Positions 52,041-64,000 of a DNA stretch of 64,000 nt are shown here, piece by piece. The notes beneath the pieces are model-generated. The model did no database searches. It had not been told where the DNA came from and saw only the letters and a program-made list of their open reading frames with translations. The DNA is from Rhynchobatus australiae (taxonomy: Eukaryota): positions 13,221,812 through 13,285,811 of the forward strand of contig JAUZTB010000069.1 in assembly GCA_034780895.1 (NCBI GenBank), given 5' to 3'. A program made the position numbers and the translations under genes. Numbering within the stretch: position 1 is the stretch's first letter; each line of letters begins with the position of its first letter.

Positions 52041-53599
52041 CAGCTCTTTATTATGATGCCTGTAGAAACAGACCAGGTCATGTAATGGTGTTTATAGGAC
52101 CGACTGACCCTACTCAAATCCTACTGTACCCCAGCCCATCTCAGTATCTATAAACTAGAGTCTAAAAACACATCCATCCTCCAGATCCACTATTGCTGAC
52201 TGTGCCTTGGGCTGCACAGGCCTCAACCTTTGCATTTCCCTCTCTGAACCTCTCCACCTCACTCTCCTCCACAAAGTGTACCTCTTTGACCAATTCTGTT
52301 GTGAGGAATTTTGGCAAGTTCTTCTATGTTAAAGGGACAATATGAAAGCAAATTTTCATTGTTGTTGAACCCAACAAGGCTTTTAAAGCAAAACCAAATC
52401 CATAACAATGGGATTTGTATAAACTTGTATTACTGACTTGGTGCCAATGAAAAATAAGAGTATCCTACACTTCTAACATCAAAAGAATCTTGCAGAAAGC
52501 CTGAAACTATGAGCTGCTTGATCTAAGCTATTGTACAAGACCTGCAGTATGGTCAGAGTGAAGGTTATAACCCTATGGCTTCCTGGAAGCAGCAGTGGGG
52601 TCAACATTTTCAAGCACCTAGTAGGTGCAGTGGAGATCTGATGGCAGGATGTGGTTGTATAACTAGTAATCAGCGAGCACTGCTTACAGACCAGTCACTG
52701 TTTCTTGCCTAAGTCCTGGACCCTCCTCTCTTAACCAAGCTGGGAGATCAGTCAAGTTTTTAAATGGCTTTTGCCACCAGCAAGGGAGTTTACAACTGAG
52801 CCCAGTTTATGATTAAAGCCCTGGTGACTTGACCAAGGGAAAGTTCACACTACAGCACTTTTTAAAAATAGTTTGTGACTGGGTCTGAGCTTCCATTCCA
52901 TTCCCAGCAACCAACAATCATCTCTCTCATTTAGCTTCTCTTACAGTAAGTTTGCAAGGCCCTCAGCATGTGGGTTTGCAGCTGCTGTGTCTGAATCACT
53001 GGGTTAGTGAATCACTTGGAACTACCCTGACTGATTCAGGATAGCAGCCAGTGGGCGGAGGCTATATCTGTTGTGGTGTTGTCCTACTAGTGAAATAGAT
53101 CCAAGGTTCAAAGAAGAAAGAGAACAGAATAAATGCCCAAAACTGAGGCTCTGTTTCACTTTCTATGGATGTTGCCTGACCTACTGAGGGTTTCCAGCAA
53201 TTGTTATTTTTATTTCAGATCTCCAGCATCTACTTTTCATTCCCTGGCTCGGTCCCGTCTGTAGGCTGATCCCAGTAGGATGTGGGAAGGTCAAATTTGC
53301 ATGGCTAAGGAGTGTGGCCCTATGTCGGACAGCTCTTTCAAAGAAGCAGGACAGATTGCATGGGCTGACAGGCTGCCTTCTAGATTGGAAGGGTTACTGT
53401 CCTTGGGTATGATGGTGGTGGCTGTGTTGGTTACACATTGTTCCAGTACCAAGCTGGGAAACGAATTTAAAATCAATTAGCGGAGCTTCCCATTTCAATG
53501 AAGTCTACCGTTGAGTGATGTGTCCAGCTAGGATTAGCCATCCTGGGTACTGCTGTCATCACATCCACACAAGCACTAATCACCTTGTACATCTGGAGC

Positions 53600-53960
53600 A
53601 GATTACCTGGGTCATGGGGCAATAGAGGCCAATGTGACAAAAAAGCTGGAAACATCTCTGCATTCAGTAGAGGAAGTTGAAGGAAGACTGAAGGTGGAAA
53701 GAGGGGGAATTATTCCTAAATTGGAAAGTCTGTTTTTAAAGGCTACTTTCTCCAGGGAGGGATGTAGCAAACACTTTATTGTGAAAGACAGAAGGGTGCA
53801 TGTCACTTCCATCCACTGATGTCCATGAGCCACATGGTGACATGTTTGGCAATATATCACTGCAGACAAGAGAAGAGCTGCAAGATGCCCTGATATTCCT
53901 GACAGACACTTATGGCAAAAACCTCAGCAACTTAACACTTAGACAAAGGTCCAGAGCACA
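53600..53960 (+). mobile_element. Possible RTE LINE relic (endonuclease-like fragment joined to RT-like fragment)
   Basis: GRLKVERGG..GYFL resembles the RTE endonuclease GQLKE.GGGYTF. TREELQDALIFLTDTYGK resembles the SE.ELQ..VD.F..AY motif after the RT active site. Confidence 0.4.
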
Positions 53961-55072
53961 ACAAAGGGCCGGTGCAGTAAGGGTTTTGTGTTGTTCCCCA
54001 GAGCAGAAGGGACAGAGGAAAGAAAACTTGAAACAACGCAGAAATAAACTAAAGAGATTGCACAGTTTTAAAAAATTGCCCCTCCGATGTTGGCTGGAAT
54101 TCAAGCTGGAGGGTGATTCCTAGTTGGTATATGCATCTGTCTCTGTTTCACCATCTATCTGGACAAGATGTAAAGATTGAGCAATGTCCCAAAATGTATT
54201 AGTCTATTTTCTTTGACTGACATATGCATTTAATTTATTTTTGACTTTTAATTCCTGGTCAGGACAGTCACCTCAATCCTGTAGCTGGGTGGAGGACTCC
54301 TGCTGTGGGGAAGGGTTCCCTCCTGATAATGACTACCTAAATGCTAACGTTGGCAGGAGACGTTCATGTCTGTGTATATGTTCATTGAGTGAAGTCTGCA
54401 TCATGGATTGGACATTTGTGCTCAGATGGGCTTGATCTTGTGCTGGAATTGGTCTAACTCTTCCTCTGCCAAATGCACTACCCCAGCCGGGCTGCTGAAA
54501 AGTGATCAGAAGCAGGAACTTTGGCCAGTATTCTCCCTGCGGCATTAACTACAAGTTGCAGTGAGCGCAAGTGTGATGCCTTTACAATACTGTAAAAGAA
54601 CACAGTGGGTTGAACACAAAACCTAGCTTGGCCTCTTCCTGTTGGAACTGTCTTTTGTGAAATGTGAAGCCAAGCCCCCTTTTTCAGATATTCTTGTGGC
54701 ACTGTTCCAAAGAACTGCAGGAAAGCTATCCCCAGTGGCCCAAGCAACATCCACCCCTCACTCAACATCACCAACAAAGACAGCCTGGACATTGCTGTTT
54801 CGTGGGATCTTGCTTTTATGCAAACTGCAGACACCCTACTTCAGAAAAATCCTGCCTTGGCAAATCTGGATGTCTGCAAGTTGTTTGCTTTCTCTCTTTA
54901 AAGCCCCAAGCTCTTGTTAAGTGTGGTGCCACCACCTACTGGAAAGGTAGGGTTTAGCACCTGATATCAGTTTCTGTTGAAGTCTGAATCTGACACAGGC
55001 ATTCTTTGACCTATTGTGAGATGCTCACTGTGTGTGTATGTCTCCTTTTCTTTTCATGTTCTGGAACTCCAG

Positions 55073-55150
55073 GAGGGGACCTCAAAGTTTGCTACACTTG
55101 ACATCAATCCAAACCGGGCTCAGAAAAGACAGCAGCAACAAAAGGATTTG
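55073..55150 (+). CDS. RALGDS: RALGDS exon 10 (EGTSKFATLDINPNRAQKRQQQQKDL)
   Basis: Acceptor aactccag, donor TTG|GTAGGC, 78 nt, phase 0/0. Contains the EGTSKFATL motif. Confidence 0.96.
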
Positions 55151-55809
55151 GTAGGCTTACTCCTGAGATCTATTTGATGTACACTAAGAACTTGATTTTA
55201 GTTTATCCATCATATTTAAACCCATTAGACATCAAAATATGAGGAAAGAGTCCATTCCCTCTTGTGGTTCCATGTTACTCTCCTGTATTTTCACCATCTG
55301 TATAGATTCGTGCCTCTCCTACCAACTTTTAGAAATTGTGGAAACCCGGATAGTTAATGTTGTTTTCTTTTGCAATAAAAAGAAATTAATAAATTTGAAT
55401 GCAGCAAGGTGCTGCAGCAATCGGGAAAGGAGAATTTGTGTTGAGCAGCTTTGAGTTCAGAGGAAATGGCTATAATTGGGAGAGGAAAATAGGACCATAG
55501 CTAATCACAAGTCTGTTAATCTTGTGCATTTCTTTATTATGTTGGGGCTCTATCTGCAGCACACACTTTTTCCTCTCCAATGCCTTGTGCTGTGGATGGG
55601 AGTAATAATCCATAAATGACTGAACTGCAGGCAATAAGATGATGGAAAAGGATTTTGAATTAACAGCCCTTGAAAGGGAGAAAGAAAACTGGAAAAGAAA
55701 TAAGAGAAAAAATTATTTTCTTTGCAAATTCCAGCCGTCTACTATTTTCCATGTCAATAATCAGGCACTTTTTTACTCATTCTTTTTCTACCACTCAGCT
55801 GCACACTCG

Positions 55810-56005
55810 CGGTATTTTACAGAGGGCAATTAACCTACCATCCTATACATCTTTGGGATGTGGGCGGAAACCAGGGCACCCAGAGGAAACCTAACCAGTC
55901 ACAGAGAACATGGAAACTCCATACAGATAGCACAAAATCAGCATTGTTCCTGGGTTGTGGTGTTGTGAGGCAGTGGCTCTAATAACAGCGCCAGTCTGCT
56001 GCCCT
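55810..56005 (-). mobile_element. HE1-like V-SINE
   Basis: Reads tctttgggatgtgggcggaaaccagggcacccagaggaaacc...gtcacagagaacatggaaactccatacaga. Confidence 0.85.
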
Positions 56006-56366
56006 GTGATGGCATACCCCTCTTTTACTGAGGTTGCAGCCTTGGTTCTGGATTCACCAGCCTTCAGAACATCACCCCTGTATCTTGCCTGTGTAGTTCT
56101 TGGGATTAGCATGCTGTACTATAAGATAGCCAAGCATCTTTTCCCCTAATTTGCCTTGTCACTGGGGTCAGAAGCTTGTAACCTACACAGGAATGTGAGA
56201 CAGATTGGGAACTTTCATAGCAACATGTGAACCATTATGGTGACAAGCCCATCTCCAGCCATATTCTATCCTGCCCCACTGTCACTGCAGTCCAGTGTGC
56301 TAATTAGTCATTTATTTTAATGACTGACCTTAATCAGTAATGCAAATGTCTGTTGTTTTTCTCCAG

Positions 56367-56453
56367 GGAGTCATGCAGGGCACAATCCCGTACTTGGGAA
56401 CTTTTCTCACTGACCTGGTTATGTTGGACACTGCAGTGAAAGACCATTTAGAT
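56367..56453 (+). CDS. RALGDS: RALGDS exon 11 (GVMQGTIPYLGTFLTDLVMLDTAVKDHLD)
   Basis: Acceptor tttttctccag, donor GAT|GTAAGT, 87 nt, phase 0/0. Contains the RasGEF motif PYLGTFLTDL. Confidence 0.97.
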
Positions 56454-56901
56454 GTAAGTGAGAAATAGCCTGGGATCTGCTTCCAGATGGAGCATTCACT
56501 TCATGTAACAAATGGTTTTAGTCTGGAAAGCACTGATTGTGATATTCAAGTATGATGGCGCATATGTTCTTCACTGGTGTAATGAAGTAGTTAACTGGTG
56601 ATCTTAAATAGGTCAACTCCTCTGTTCATGTGTCACTTAATGTGTGAAATAATTATTCACAAGTCTTGCCAGCAGTTCGTTCTGGACTGTAATGGTGAGT
56701 TGGTGTCAAGCTTTGTACTTCTGGAGATTTGCACGTCTCATCCACAGCCTATGCTGTTAGTTGATTGCATGTAAAGTGGTGGTAAGACCTCTGCAGTGGA
56801 TTCTCTCCCTGCACCAGAGAGAGGAAGACAGAGGCTGATTGATTGTGGGGAGAGGAAGTACAGTCTTGCTGTTTGTTAATCTGTTCCTTTCCAATTCACA
56901 G

Positions 56902-56934
56902 GGAGGTCTGATCAACTTTGAAAAAAGGAGAAAG
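56902..56934 (+). CDS. RALGDS: RALGDS exon 12, 33-nt small exon (GGLINFEKRRK)
   Basis: Acceptor aattcacag, donor AAG|GTAATA, phase 0/0. Contains the RasGEF motif LINFEKRR. Confidence 0.96.
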
Positions 56935-57943
56935 GTAATAAATTTAACAGCTTCCTTCATAATTGAGTGCCAGGTGAAAGATTCATTTATCTGCCATATC
57001 TCAGAGTTAGAGTTCCCCATGAAGAGGCCACTGTGCCCACCCCCAGGGAGAGGTCATATTCCACCTGGACTACCAGAAGGCACCCAGAACTGATATCCCA
57101 CCTCCAGTCACAATGGCCCCTTGATCTCATTGCTGAGGCTACATTTGTATTGTGGTTACATTACTGGACCTGTATCCAGAGGCCCGGATTATTGGTCCAG
57201 CAACATGGGTTTGAATCCCACTGGGGAGCGAGACTTCAGTTACAGGACATACCCCAGGGATCTTTCTCCCAATGACCTGTGGGGCAGCTAGCGATGGACA
57301 AAAAGTACTGGCATCACCAGTGCATTCATATCTGGGACATGAATATTAAAACAAAATCTTGTATTATAAGTGAATCTTGTATAATGTCAACTGATAGACT
57401 GGGCTTACTACCTGCCCTCAGAGACAAAATGATTGTCACAGCTAATGGTTTGGGGGCCTCCATGTGTTTCATTGGACCTCAGTGGGATGTTCATNNNNNN
57501 NNNNNNNNNNNNNNNNNNNNNNNNNNNNNNNNNNNNNNNNNNNNNNNNNNNNNNNNNNNNNNNNNNNNNNNNNNNNNNNNNNNNNNNNNNNNNNCACAGC
57601 TTATGGTTTGGGGGCCTACATGTGTTTCATTGGAACTCAGTGTGATGTTCATATTGCATTCAGTGCTGTAACATTGCTGCCACCAGGATTTGGAACAGTT
57701 TTCCCCATTCCCCACACTTTGAATTGGGAGCACTTGAACACACACATTTGCTTCCAAAGTGTAGAACAGCTCCCATGTATGGTTAATAGTGAAGACAGAG
57801 GACAAAGTCTGGAACTGAGAGAATGGATCTGGGGGCCACAGAAGACAGGAAAAGCAATCTGTTGGGAGAGTCATTGAGAAGAGTGAGATGTGGCTGTGTT
57901 CTTCTGCATTCTTCATTAACACTAATGAGTGTTTCTCTGTCAG

Positions 57944-58065
57944 GAGTTCGAAGTGATTGCCCAGATCAAGTTGCTACAGTCTGCCTGCAACAACTACTCG
58001 TTCACACCAGACCATCGGTTTGTGGAGTGGTTTCGTAGCGTGGGGAGGCTGACAGAGGCGGAAAG
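57944..58065 (+). CDS. RALGDS: RALGDS exon 13 (EFEVIAQIKLLQSACNNYSFTPDHRFVEWFRSVGRLTEAE)
   Basis: Acceptor tctctgtcag, donor AG|GTGAGA, 122 nt, phase 0/2. Confidence 0.97.
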
Positions 58066-58439
58066 GTGAGAGGTCACTTGCGCTTATAGGAAAGGATTGG
58101 GCATGAGTTGGTCAGTGGTGCTGTCAGTCCACCACCTGGAGAGGGAACCAGGTAGTTCACTGGCCTGGGAAGAGCCCACATTCCTGCTTGGTGCTCACAC
58201 CTTCATGTGCCTGCCTGCCTGACACAGCAAATGTTTTCCTATGTTAGCTTTAGTGAAATTGAGAAGGTGGTACAAGTGGGCTACCCTATCCCAGTGAGAA
58301 CAGAGCCAAGACCCAGTGACTGGGATTTTACAAGTTTGCCCCCTGAATGAAGGAGACTGAAAGGGTGCAAGGTGCTGTAAAGTAGTGTCCTATCTTGACT
58401 TTGTTACCATTTTTGACTTTGCTGTTTATACAATTCCAG

Positions 58440-58535
58440 TTACAACCTGTCCTGTGAAATTGAGCCTCTGGCAGAGTCTGCGAGCAACACTCTGAAGGCA
58501 AAGAAGAACACAGGCATCATTAAACGATGGAGCGA
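58440..58535 (+). CDS. RALGDS: RALGDS exon 14 (YNLSCEIEPLAESASNTLKAKKNTGIIKRWS)
   Basis: Acceptor caattccag, donor GA|GTGAGT, 96 nt, phase 2/2. End of the CDC25 domain. Confidence 0.96.
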
Positions 58536-58574
58536 GTGAGTGTCCTTTGCTGCCTGGCCTTGGTTGGACAGGGT

Positions 58575-59240
58575 ATCATAGAATGTAGTGATATAGAGGA
58601 TAGGCTATTTAGCCCATCAGGCCTGTGTTGGATCTTTGAAAAACCTGCTGTTAGTCCATACCCTTGAACCTTGAAAACGTATTGTCCCTTCCAAATTTTA
58701 TCCAAATCTCTTTTGGAAAATTACTATTGAATTTGCTCTACTGCGGATGGTGCATTCCTAGTCACAATGCACAGTGTGAAAAGAAATTCTCAGCTCACCT
58801 CTGGTCCTTTTGCCAGTTACATTAAATTCCACCCCAGCCCCATCCTCTGACTACTGAACCCACAACCATCCTTCATTAATCTATAATTGGATCACAGGAA
58901 CATATGAAATAGAAGCATGAGTTGGCCATTTTCTCTGTATCTCTCCTGTTAATCCCTATAAGAATTTTAAATGTTTCAATTAGATTTTTTTTCATGGCTC
59001 AAATGAATGTAGTTTGTGGCATGTGGCATGAATGTAGTTTCATGGCCCAGTTTGCTTAATCTCTGCTTGTAAGCAGTGCTCTAACCCCAGGAATCAACCT
59101 GGTGAATCCTCCCTGCACTCCCTTTGGATGGGGAGACCAGACCCGTACTCAGTGTTCCAAGGTCCTACAGTAAAATGAATTTCCGTTTTGTGCTCAAATC
59201 CACTTAAACAAAGGTCAACCATTTGCCTTCCTAATTGCAT
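58575..59240 (-). mobile_element. Two adjacent CR1 LINE fragments
   Basis: One begins with the tail atcatagaatg...ggctatttagcccatc. The other reads ataagaattttaaatgtttcaattagat...ccaggaatcaacctggtgaatcctccctgcactccc (the reverse of LE.VQ.RFTRLIPG). Confidence 0.75.
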
Positions 59241-59659
59241 TCTGTGAGTAGTCATTTGCAATATTGTATGATCACCCCCAAAGGACAGTGCAGGAGCTCA
59301 TTATTTTGAAAGATTTTTCAAGTTTCCCTCAGCGGCTATGTTGTTAAGTGTGCTGCAAGCTGAGGGGTAAAGCCCCATGCTCATTCCTGAGGCAGAGTCA
59401 GCTGGTTGATCTCGGGTTGGGTCAGTATTTGGGGACGGTTGGCCTCCGTGTTCCTGGGAATGGGGGCTGAGGTGAGGACAAGACAGACAGGTTTCTGCTA
59501 CAGGTCTTTCGCAGCAGATGGAGAGTACATGGAAATGGGAGGTGTTATGGAGATAGTGGGGCACTCCCAACAATGAACCCTTCCCTCAGTGTTAGGTTAA
59601 GGGAGGACTCTCCTCAGGAAGGAACGACTTGTAGGCTATGGCTCATCATATTACCTCAC

Positions 59660-59978
59660 TACGTAGAAGGAGGCCATTTAGCCCATTGAGACTATGCCAG
59701 CTCACGAGACAATCCCATTCTCCCACTAATTTTCTGTCTAATCTTTTCCCGTTAACTCTCCCCAACTTCCACCCAATTACACTCTGGACAATTTACAGTG
59801 GTCAGTTGCCCTGCTAACCCACACACCTTTAGGATGTGGGAGGAAACCAGAGCACAAGAAGGAAACACATGCTGTCACAGGGAGAACATGCAAACTCCAT
59901 ACAGATAGGACCAGAGGACAGGTTTGAACCTGGGTTGCTGGAGCTATGAGGTAGCTGCTCTACTATTTGCACCACTGG
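59660..59978 (-). mobile_element. HE1-like V-SINE
   Basis: Reads ggatgtgggaggaaaccagagcac...gtcacagggagaacatgcaaactccatacaga...tttgaacctggg. Confidence 0.85.
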
Positions 59979-60285
59979 CTTAGCATGAGTCAGCACCTTG
60001 AGCTAAAGTGGGAGAGGCCAGAATAGAAGCAAGGTGGACACTGTTCTGTTCCCATCATGACTCTCAGCAGGGCTGACTGTCGCATGGTGTAGCTGTATAA
60101 AACTTGCAAGAGAGTTGACAGCTTGGTTTGTATTCCTATCAATGGAAATAAAAACTATGGGAAGAGTAATAAGGGGCTGCTGATGAAAACCCCAATGATG
60201 TGACTGCTCAGTTTGGTATGAGGTCTGTCATTGGACTATTCAGCTTCTTAACTCCTTTCTCCTTCCTTCCCATGGACACTTGCAG

Positions 60286-60484
60286 CAGACAGACGCCAGC
60301 CACAGATGCCCCGAGTACGGGCGCCCAGTCCCGATCCTGCGAGCAGCTCAAGTACGGGCCGTACCTGGGTGGCGGGGATGCAGCAGACTCGGTCAGTGTC
60401 ACATCTGCCGGCTCCAGCAGCTCTGATGTGGAAGAAATCAACATCAGCTTCATCTCTGAGTCACCGGATTCCCAGGAGAAAAAG
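60286..60484 (+). CDS. RALGDS: RALGDS exon 15 (RQTPATD...SVTSAGSSSSDVEEINISFISESPDSQEKK)
   Basis: Acceptor acttgcag (tandem CAGCAG), donor AAG|GTAGGG, 199 nt, phase 2/0. SAGSSSSDVEEINISF is typical of RALGDS. Confidence 0.96.
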
Positions 60485-61861
60485 GTAGGGAAGAGGTTGT
60501 GCAAACATCCACAGGCTGCCCGTTAACCGTGAGGTCCAGTGCCACAGGCAGGGTGTCATCCATCCCAACAGTAAAACTGGCCAAGGGGAGCCTAGTGTCA
60601 CCCAGCAGCCTGTCACTGCCAAGGTCTGAATGGGACATGAGACCCACTGTACTTATGACGGCACATGACCTATCAGAATGAGCTAAGATGTTCCTGCTCC
60701 CAGTGTGGACTCTGATCACTGGCATTCTCCTCCGTCCTTCTCCCAAAATTTATCCATTTCTTTTCCCCCCCTATTTAAAGCCCCATCCATTGGGGTTTCC
60801 AACTCCCCATGATTTATCCTGGAGCCTCCAAAAATGGAAGATTAATCTCCTGGACAACACTGGGAGCAGAATAAAAACCAATGGCAAGTTAAAAGAAAAT
60901 AGAGTAACTTAACAGTTTGATTGACAGTCAAGATCACCGGACTCAGTAACAAAGAGTCCATTTGTTTTCCTTTAGTCCTCCTACAACAGTCATGTTGGCT
61001 GACCACTGGCAGGATTCTGGGGTAGGGGGATGGAGGGAAGAGATGACTTGCTGAAGTTTCCAAGCAGCCTGAAGTTGGGATCCTTCCATCCACAGACACG
61101 TCTTTGTTGGTTCTCCACTAAATGTTTTCTTCAGGAGGTCCACAGTATTTGTACATTCTCTCCTGGGTTTTAAAGATCAGTCCCAGGTTGGAACTTTGTA
61201 GATGCAATACTTAAAAAAAAAAGCAAAATACTAAGAAAACAATTTCATTGTCATTGACCATATCCCACAACCTTGCCCTCTGTGTCCATGATCTCCTCTG
61301 CCCTATGACCCAATGAAATATTTGTGTTCCTCCTTCTCAAACCTCTTGAGCCTTGCTGAATCTAATTGCTCCACCACTGATGGTGCCTTCGGCACTGGGG
61401 TTCTCTCCCTAATCCTCACTGCCTCTTGATCCACTTTTTGTTCAACTTCCAATATGTCTCTCCTTTGTGACTGAAAGTTCACAGTAAGATTGGCATACAA
61501 AATTGAAGTTTTTTTTGGGCTGTGTTGCTGCTTTAAAGGCGCTATGTAAATGAAATTGTGGTTGTAAGGTAGGTGAACGCGAATTGAGCTTGGCGCTGGT
61601 ATAGGTTAAAAAAACAAGGGTGCTGGTGGCAATGCTGGGGTTACGGGTGGATGTACACTGTAAACCTCTGCAGATTTGACTTAAAAGCTCAGTTTTATTT
61701 CAGTCCCTGTGTTTTTTTTTTACTGAACTTTGGATGTACCCAGTACCAGCTTTTAACTGGCAGGTACAACATTCCAAGCTGGGCCAGACTGGGCGATCTT
61801 GGTACCAGTCTGTCCCAATGGTAAACCTTATTTTTTTTTCCCATATTTTATTTTCTTTTAG

Positions 61862-62194
<333 letters not shown>

Positions 62195-62375
62195 TGATGG
62201 ATTAGTCTAATCAAAACTACCTCGCACTCCTCTGGGCAACAATTTCAGATATCTTTTGGATGAGACGTTACACTCAAACCCCATCCACCATCTCCAATAC
62301 CAATCTTGCCCACTATAAGGCAGATACAGATCCTGCCATTACTATTTTGAAGGAGAGCACGGGTCCCAAGTGATA

Positions 62376-62692
62376 GGATAGCACAGTGGTGCAGTGAGTA
62401 GAGCACTGCCTCATGGTGCCAGTGAGCCAGGTTCAGTTCTGACTTTGGTTGCTGTCGGTGCAGAGTTTGCACATTCTCCCTGTGATTGGAGTTCTCTCCT
62501 CCCATATCCCGAAGAAATGCAGGTCAATAAGTTAACTGGCCACTGGTATGCAGGTGAGTGGTAGAATATGTGTGAAGTTGATGGGAATGTGGGGAAAATA
62601 AATTGGGATCAGCATAGAATTAGTGCTAGTGGGTAAAAGGGGATTTGGTGGGTTGAAGGGTGTGTTTCAATCCTGTACATCTATGACTCTAT
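62376..62692 (+). mobile_element. HE1-like V-SINE, near full length
   Basis: A-box-like gcacagtggtgcagtg, B-box-like ggttcagttct, V-domain gagtttgcacattctccctgtg, tail ctatgactct. Confidence 0.85.
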
Positions 62693-62999
62693 TTATACCT
62701 TGTCAATAGAGGATCATGGTGAATGGCTGTTATTGTGGCCTTCGAGGGAAATGGATAAATACATGGTGCAGAAAAATTTGCAGGGCTAGAGCCAGGAGTA
62801 GAACTGAAGAGTTGCTCTGGTAACGAGTGGGTGCAGACACATGGGTTACGTGACCTTCTTTGATGCTGTAACCAATCTATGATTCTGTGTTATAAACCTG
62901 TTCACAGATCCCACTTGTTTGTGGGGCTGTTGCATGCAGTTTGCCCACCAGGTTCCAAAATGACAGTGGTGACCACACTTCAGTAAATAGACTGTAAAT

Positions 63000-63115
63000 G
63001 CAGAGTTTCAACCAGAAATGTTGACAGTTCCTTTCCCCCACAGATGCTGCTCAACCCACTGAGTTCCTCCAGCGGATTGTTTGTTGTTTCAAATTCTGCA
63101 GTCTCTTGTGTCTCC
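63000..63115 (+). mobile_element. Penelope-related element, single arm (further arms at ~42960-43070, 53140-53232, 63860-63975)
   Basis: Reads gaaatgttgacagttcctttcccccacagatgctgctcaacccactgagttcctccagc. Confidence 0.7.
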
Positions 63116-63449
63116 TCCTGCTTGCCCTGGCCCTGATTAATGAGTGTGGCTGATTACATGGGCTTGAAGATACAGTAGCTTTGGTTGCAGTGCTTTCTCC
63201 AAGATCAGGTGGCCCAATGAGCATCAGCTCAAAGGTCAAATATCAGGTGCAAACCAGTGCACACTTGCACTCTACCTAGGTGTAGATATCATATAGAGAG
63301 GATCACAGAACATTTGTAGAGGCATAAAGGGGAAAGGGTGTTGAGGTAACATGGAAACCATTTGTGGTAGATATTCTCATCTACTGAATAAACAGCAGGG
63401 CAATAAATTCTAAGCCTGGTCTTTTAAAGGTTTAAAACTCTGTTTCCAG

Positions 63450-63564
63450 GTTACAAGCCAGGATAAGACGCCTGTAGTCATTCGAAAAGCCATGGCCAAA
63501 CACAATTTGGATGGGGACAGGCCTGAGGATTACCAATTGGTGCAGCTAATTGCTGAAGACAGAG
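63450..63564 (+). CDS. RALGDS: RALGDS exon 17, RA domain ([38 protein letters not shown]); final exon lies outside the window
   Basis: Acceptor tgtttccag, donor G|GTATGT, 115 nt, phase 0/1. No stop codon is reached within the window. Confidence 0.97.
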
Positions 63565-64000
63565 GTATGTATGTCACATAGGTGTGTGGGTACACAGGAC
63601 TGAGCAGAGTCATGTGGGTCACTCACATTGTCCCAGGAGAGTTCCAAAGTGGGTCAGTAACTGTGACCCAACAAAGGAGCCTGATCAAGATTGGCCCTTC
63701 ATGTAATAATGACTTGTCCTTTGGAATGGTTGGGCAGAAGGTGCAGGCTGCTCTGTGCCCCAGAGGTTACCATATGATTGCTGTAAGTGGAGGTATCAGA
63801 CCACTTGCTGATTGGCATGGTCAGTGCTACATGATCCTCTAAATGGCTGGCAACCTCAGCAGAAAAGTAAAATGTTGGAAATCTGAAATAAAAGCAGAGA
63901 GTGCTTGAAATACTCAGCAAATTGTACAGCATCCGTGGAGAGAAGCCTTGATCTTGATCAGAATGATTCTGATGTATTATCATCAAACCTTGTAACTATT

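Noticed and set aside
62376-62445. tRNA-like sequence (also the heads of the other SINEs)
   Set aside because: It continues directly into a V-SINE body and LINE-like tail and forms no complete cloverleaf, so it is not a tRNA gene.

Overview
Vertebrate genomic DNA, most likely a shark or ray given the HE1-like V-SINEs, HER1/CR1-like LINEs and Deu-domain SINEs. It is a draft assembly with many N gaps. The only protein-coding gene I can support is RALGDS (Ral guanine nucleotide dissociation stimulator) on the + strand. I traced 17 coding exons by hand from ATG 22758 to 63564, all with GT-AG junctions and consistent phases (2248 nt, 749 codons + 1 nt). They cover the REM, CDC25-type RasGEF and most of the RA domain; the last exon lies beyond the window. 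The rest is intronic or upstream DNA filled with decayed retroelements: CR1, L2-like, RTE, an internally deleted Gypsy relic, SINEs and minisatellites. The most notable non-coding signal is a family of about 13 short, often palindromic elements whose centres carry minimal type-I hammerhead-ribozyme motifs of the Penelope-like kind (best copy 21402-21440). Other leads are a small hairpin element with a second copy nested in a SINE, a candidate alternative first exon, a uORF, a CRE/NF-kB/E-box cluster in intron 1, and two NAGNAG acceptors. I found no CRISPR array, RNA gene or second gene. Family assignments come from remembered consensus motifs, not database searches, and repeat boundaries are approximate.
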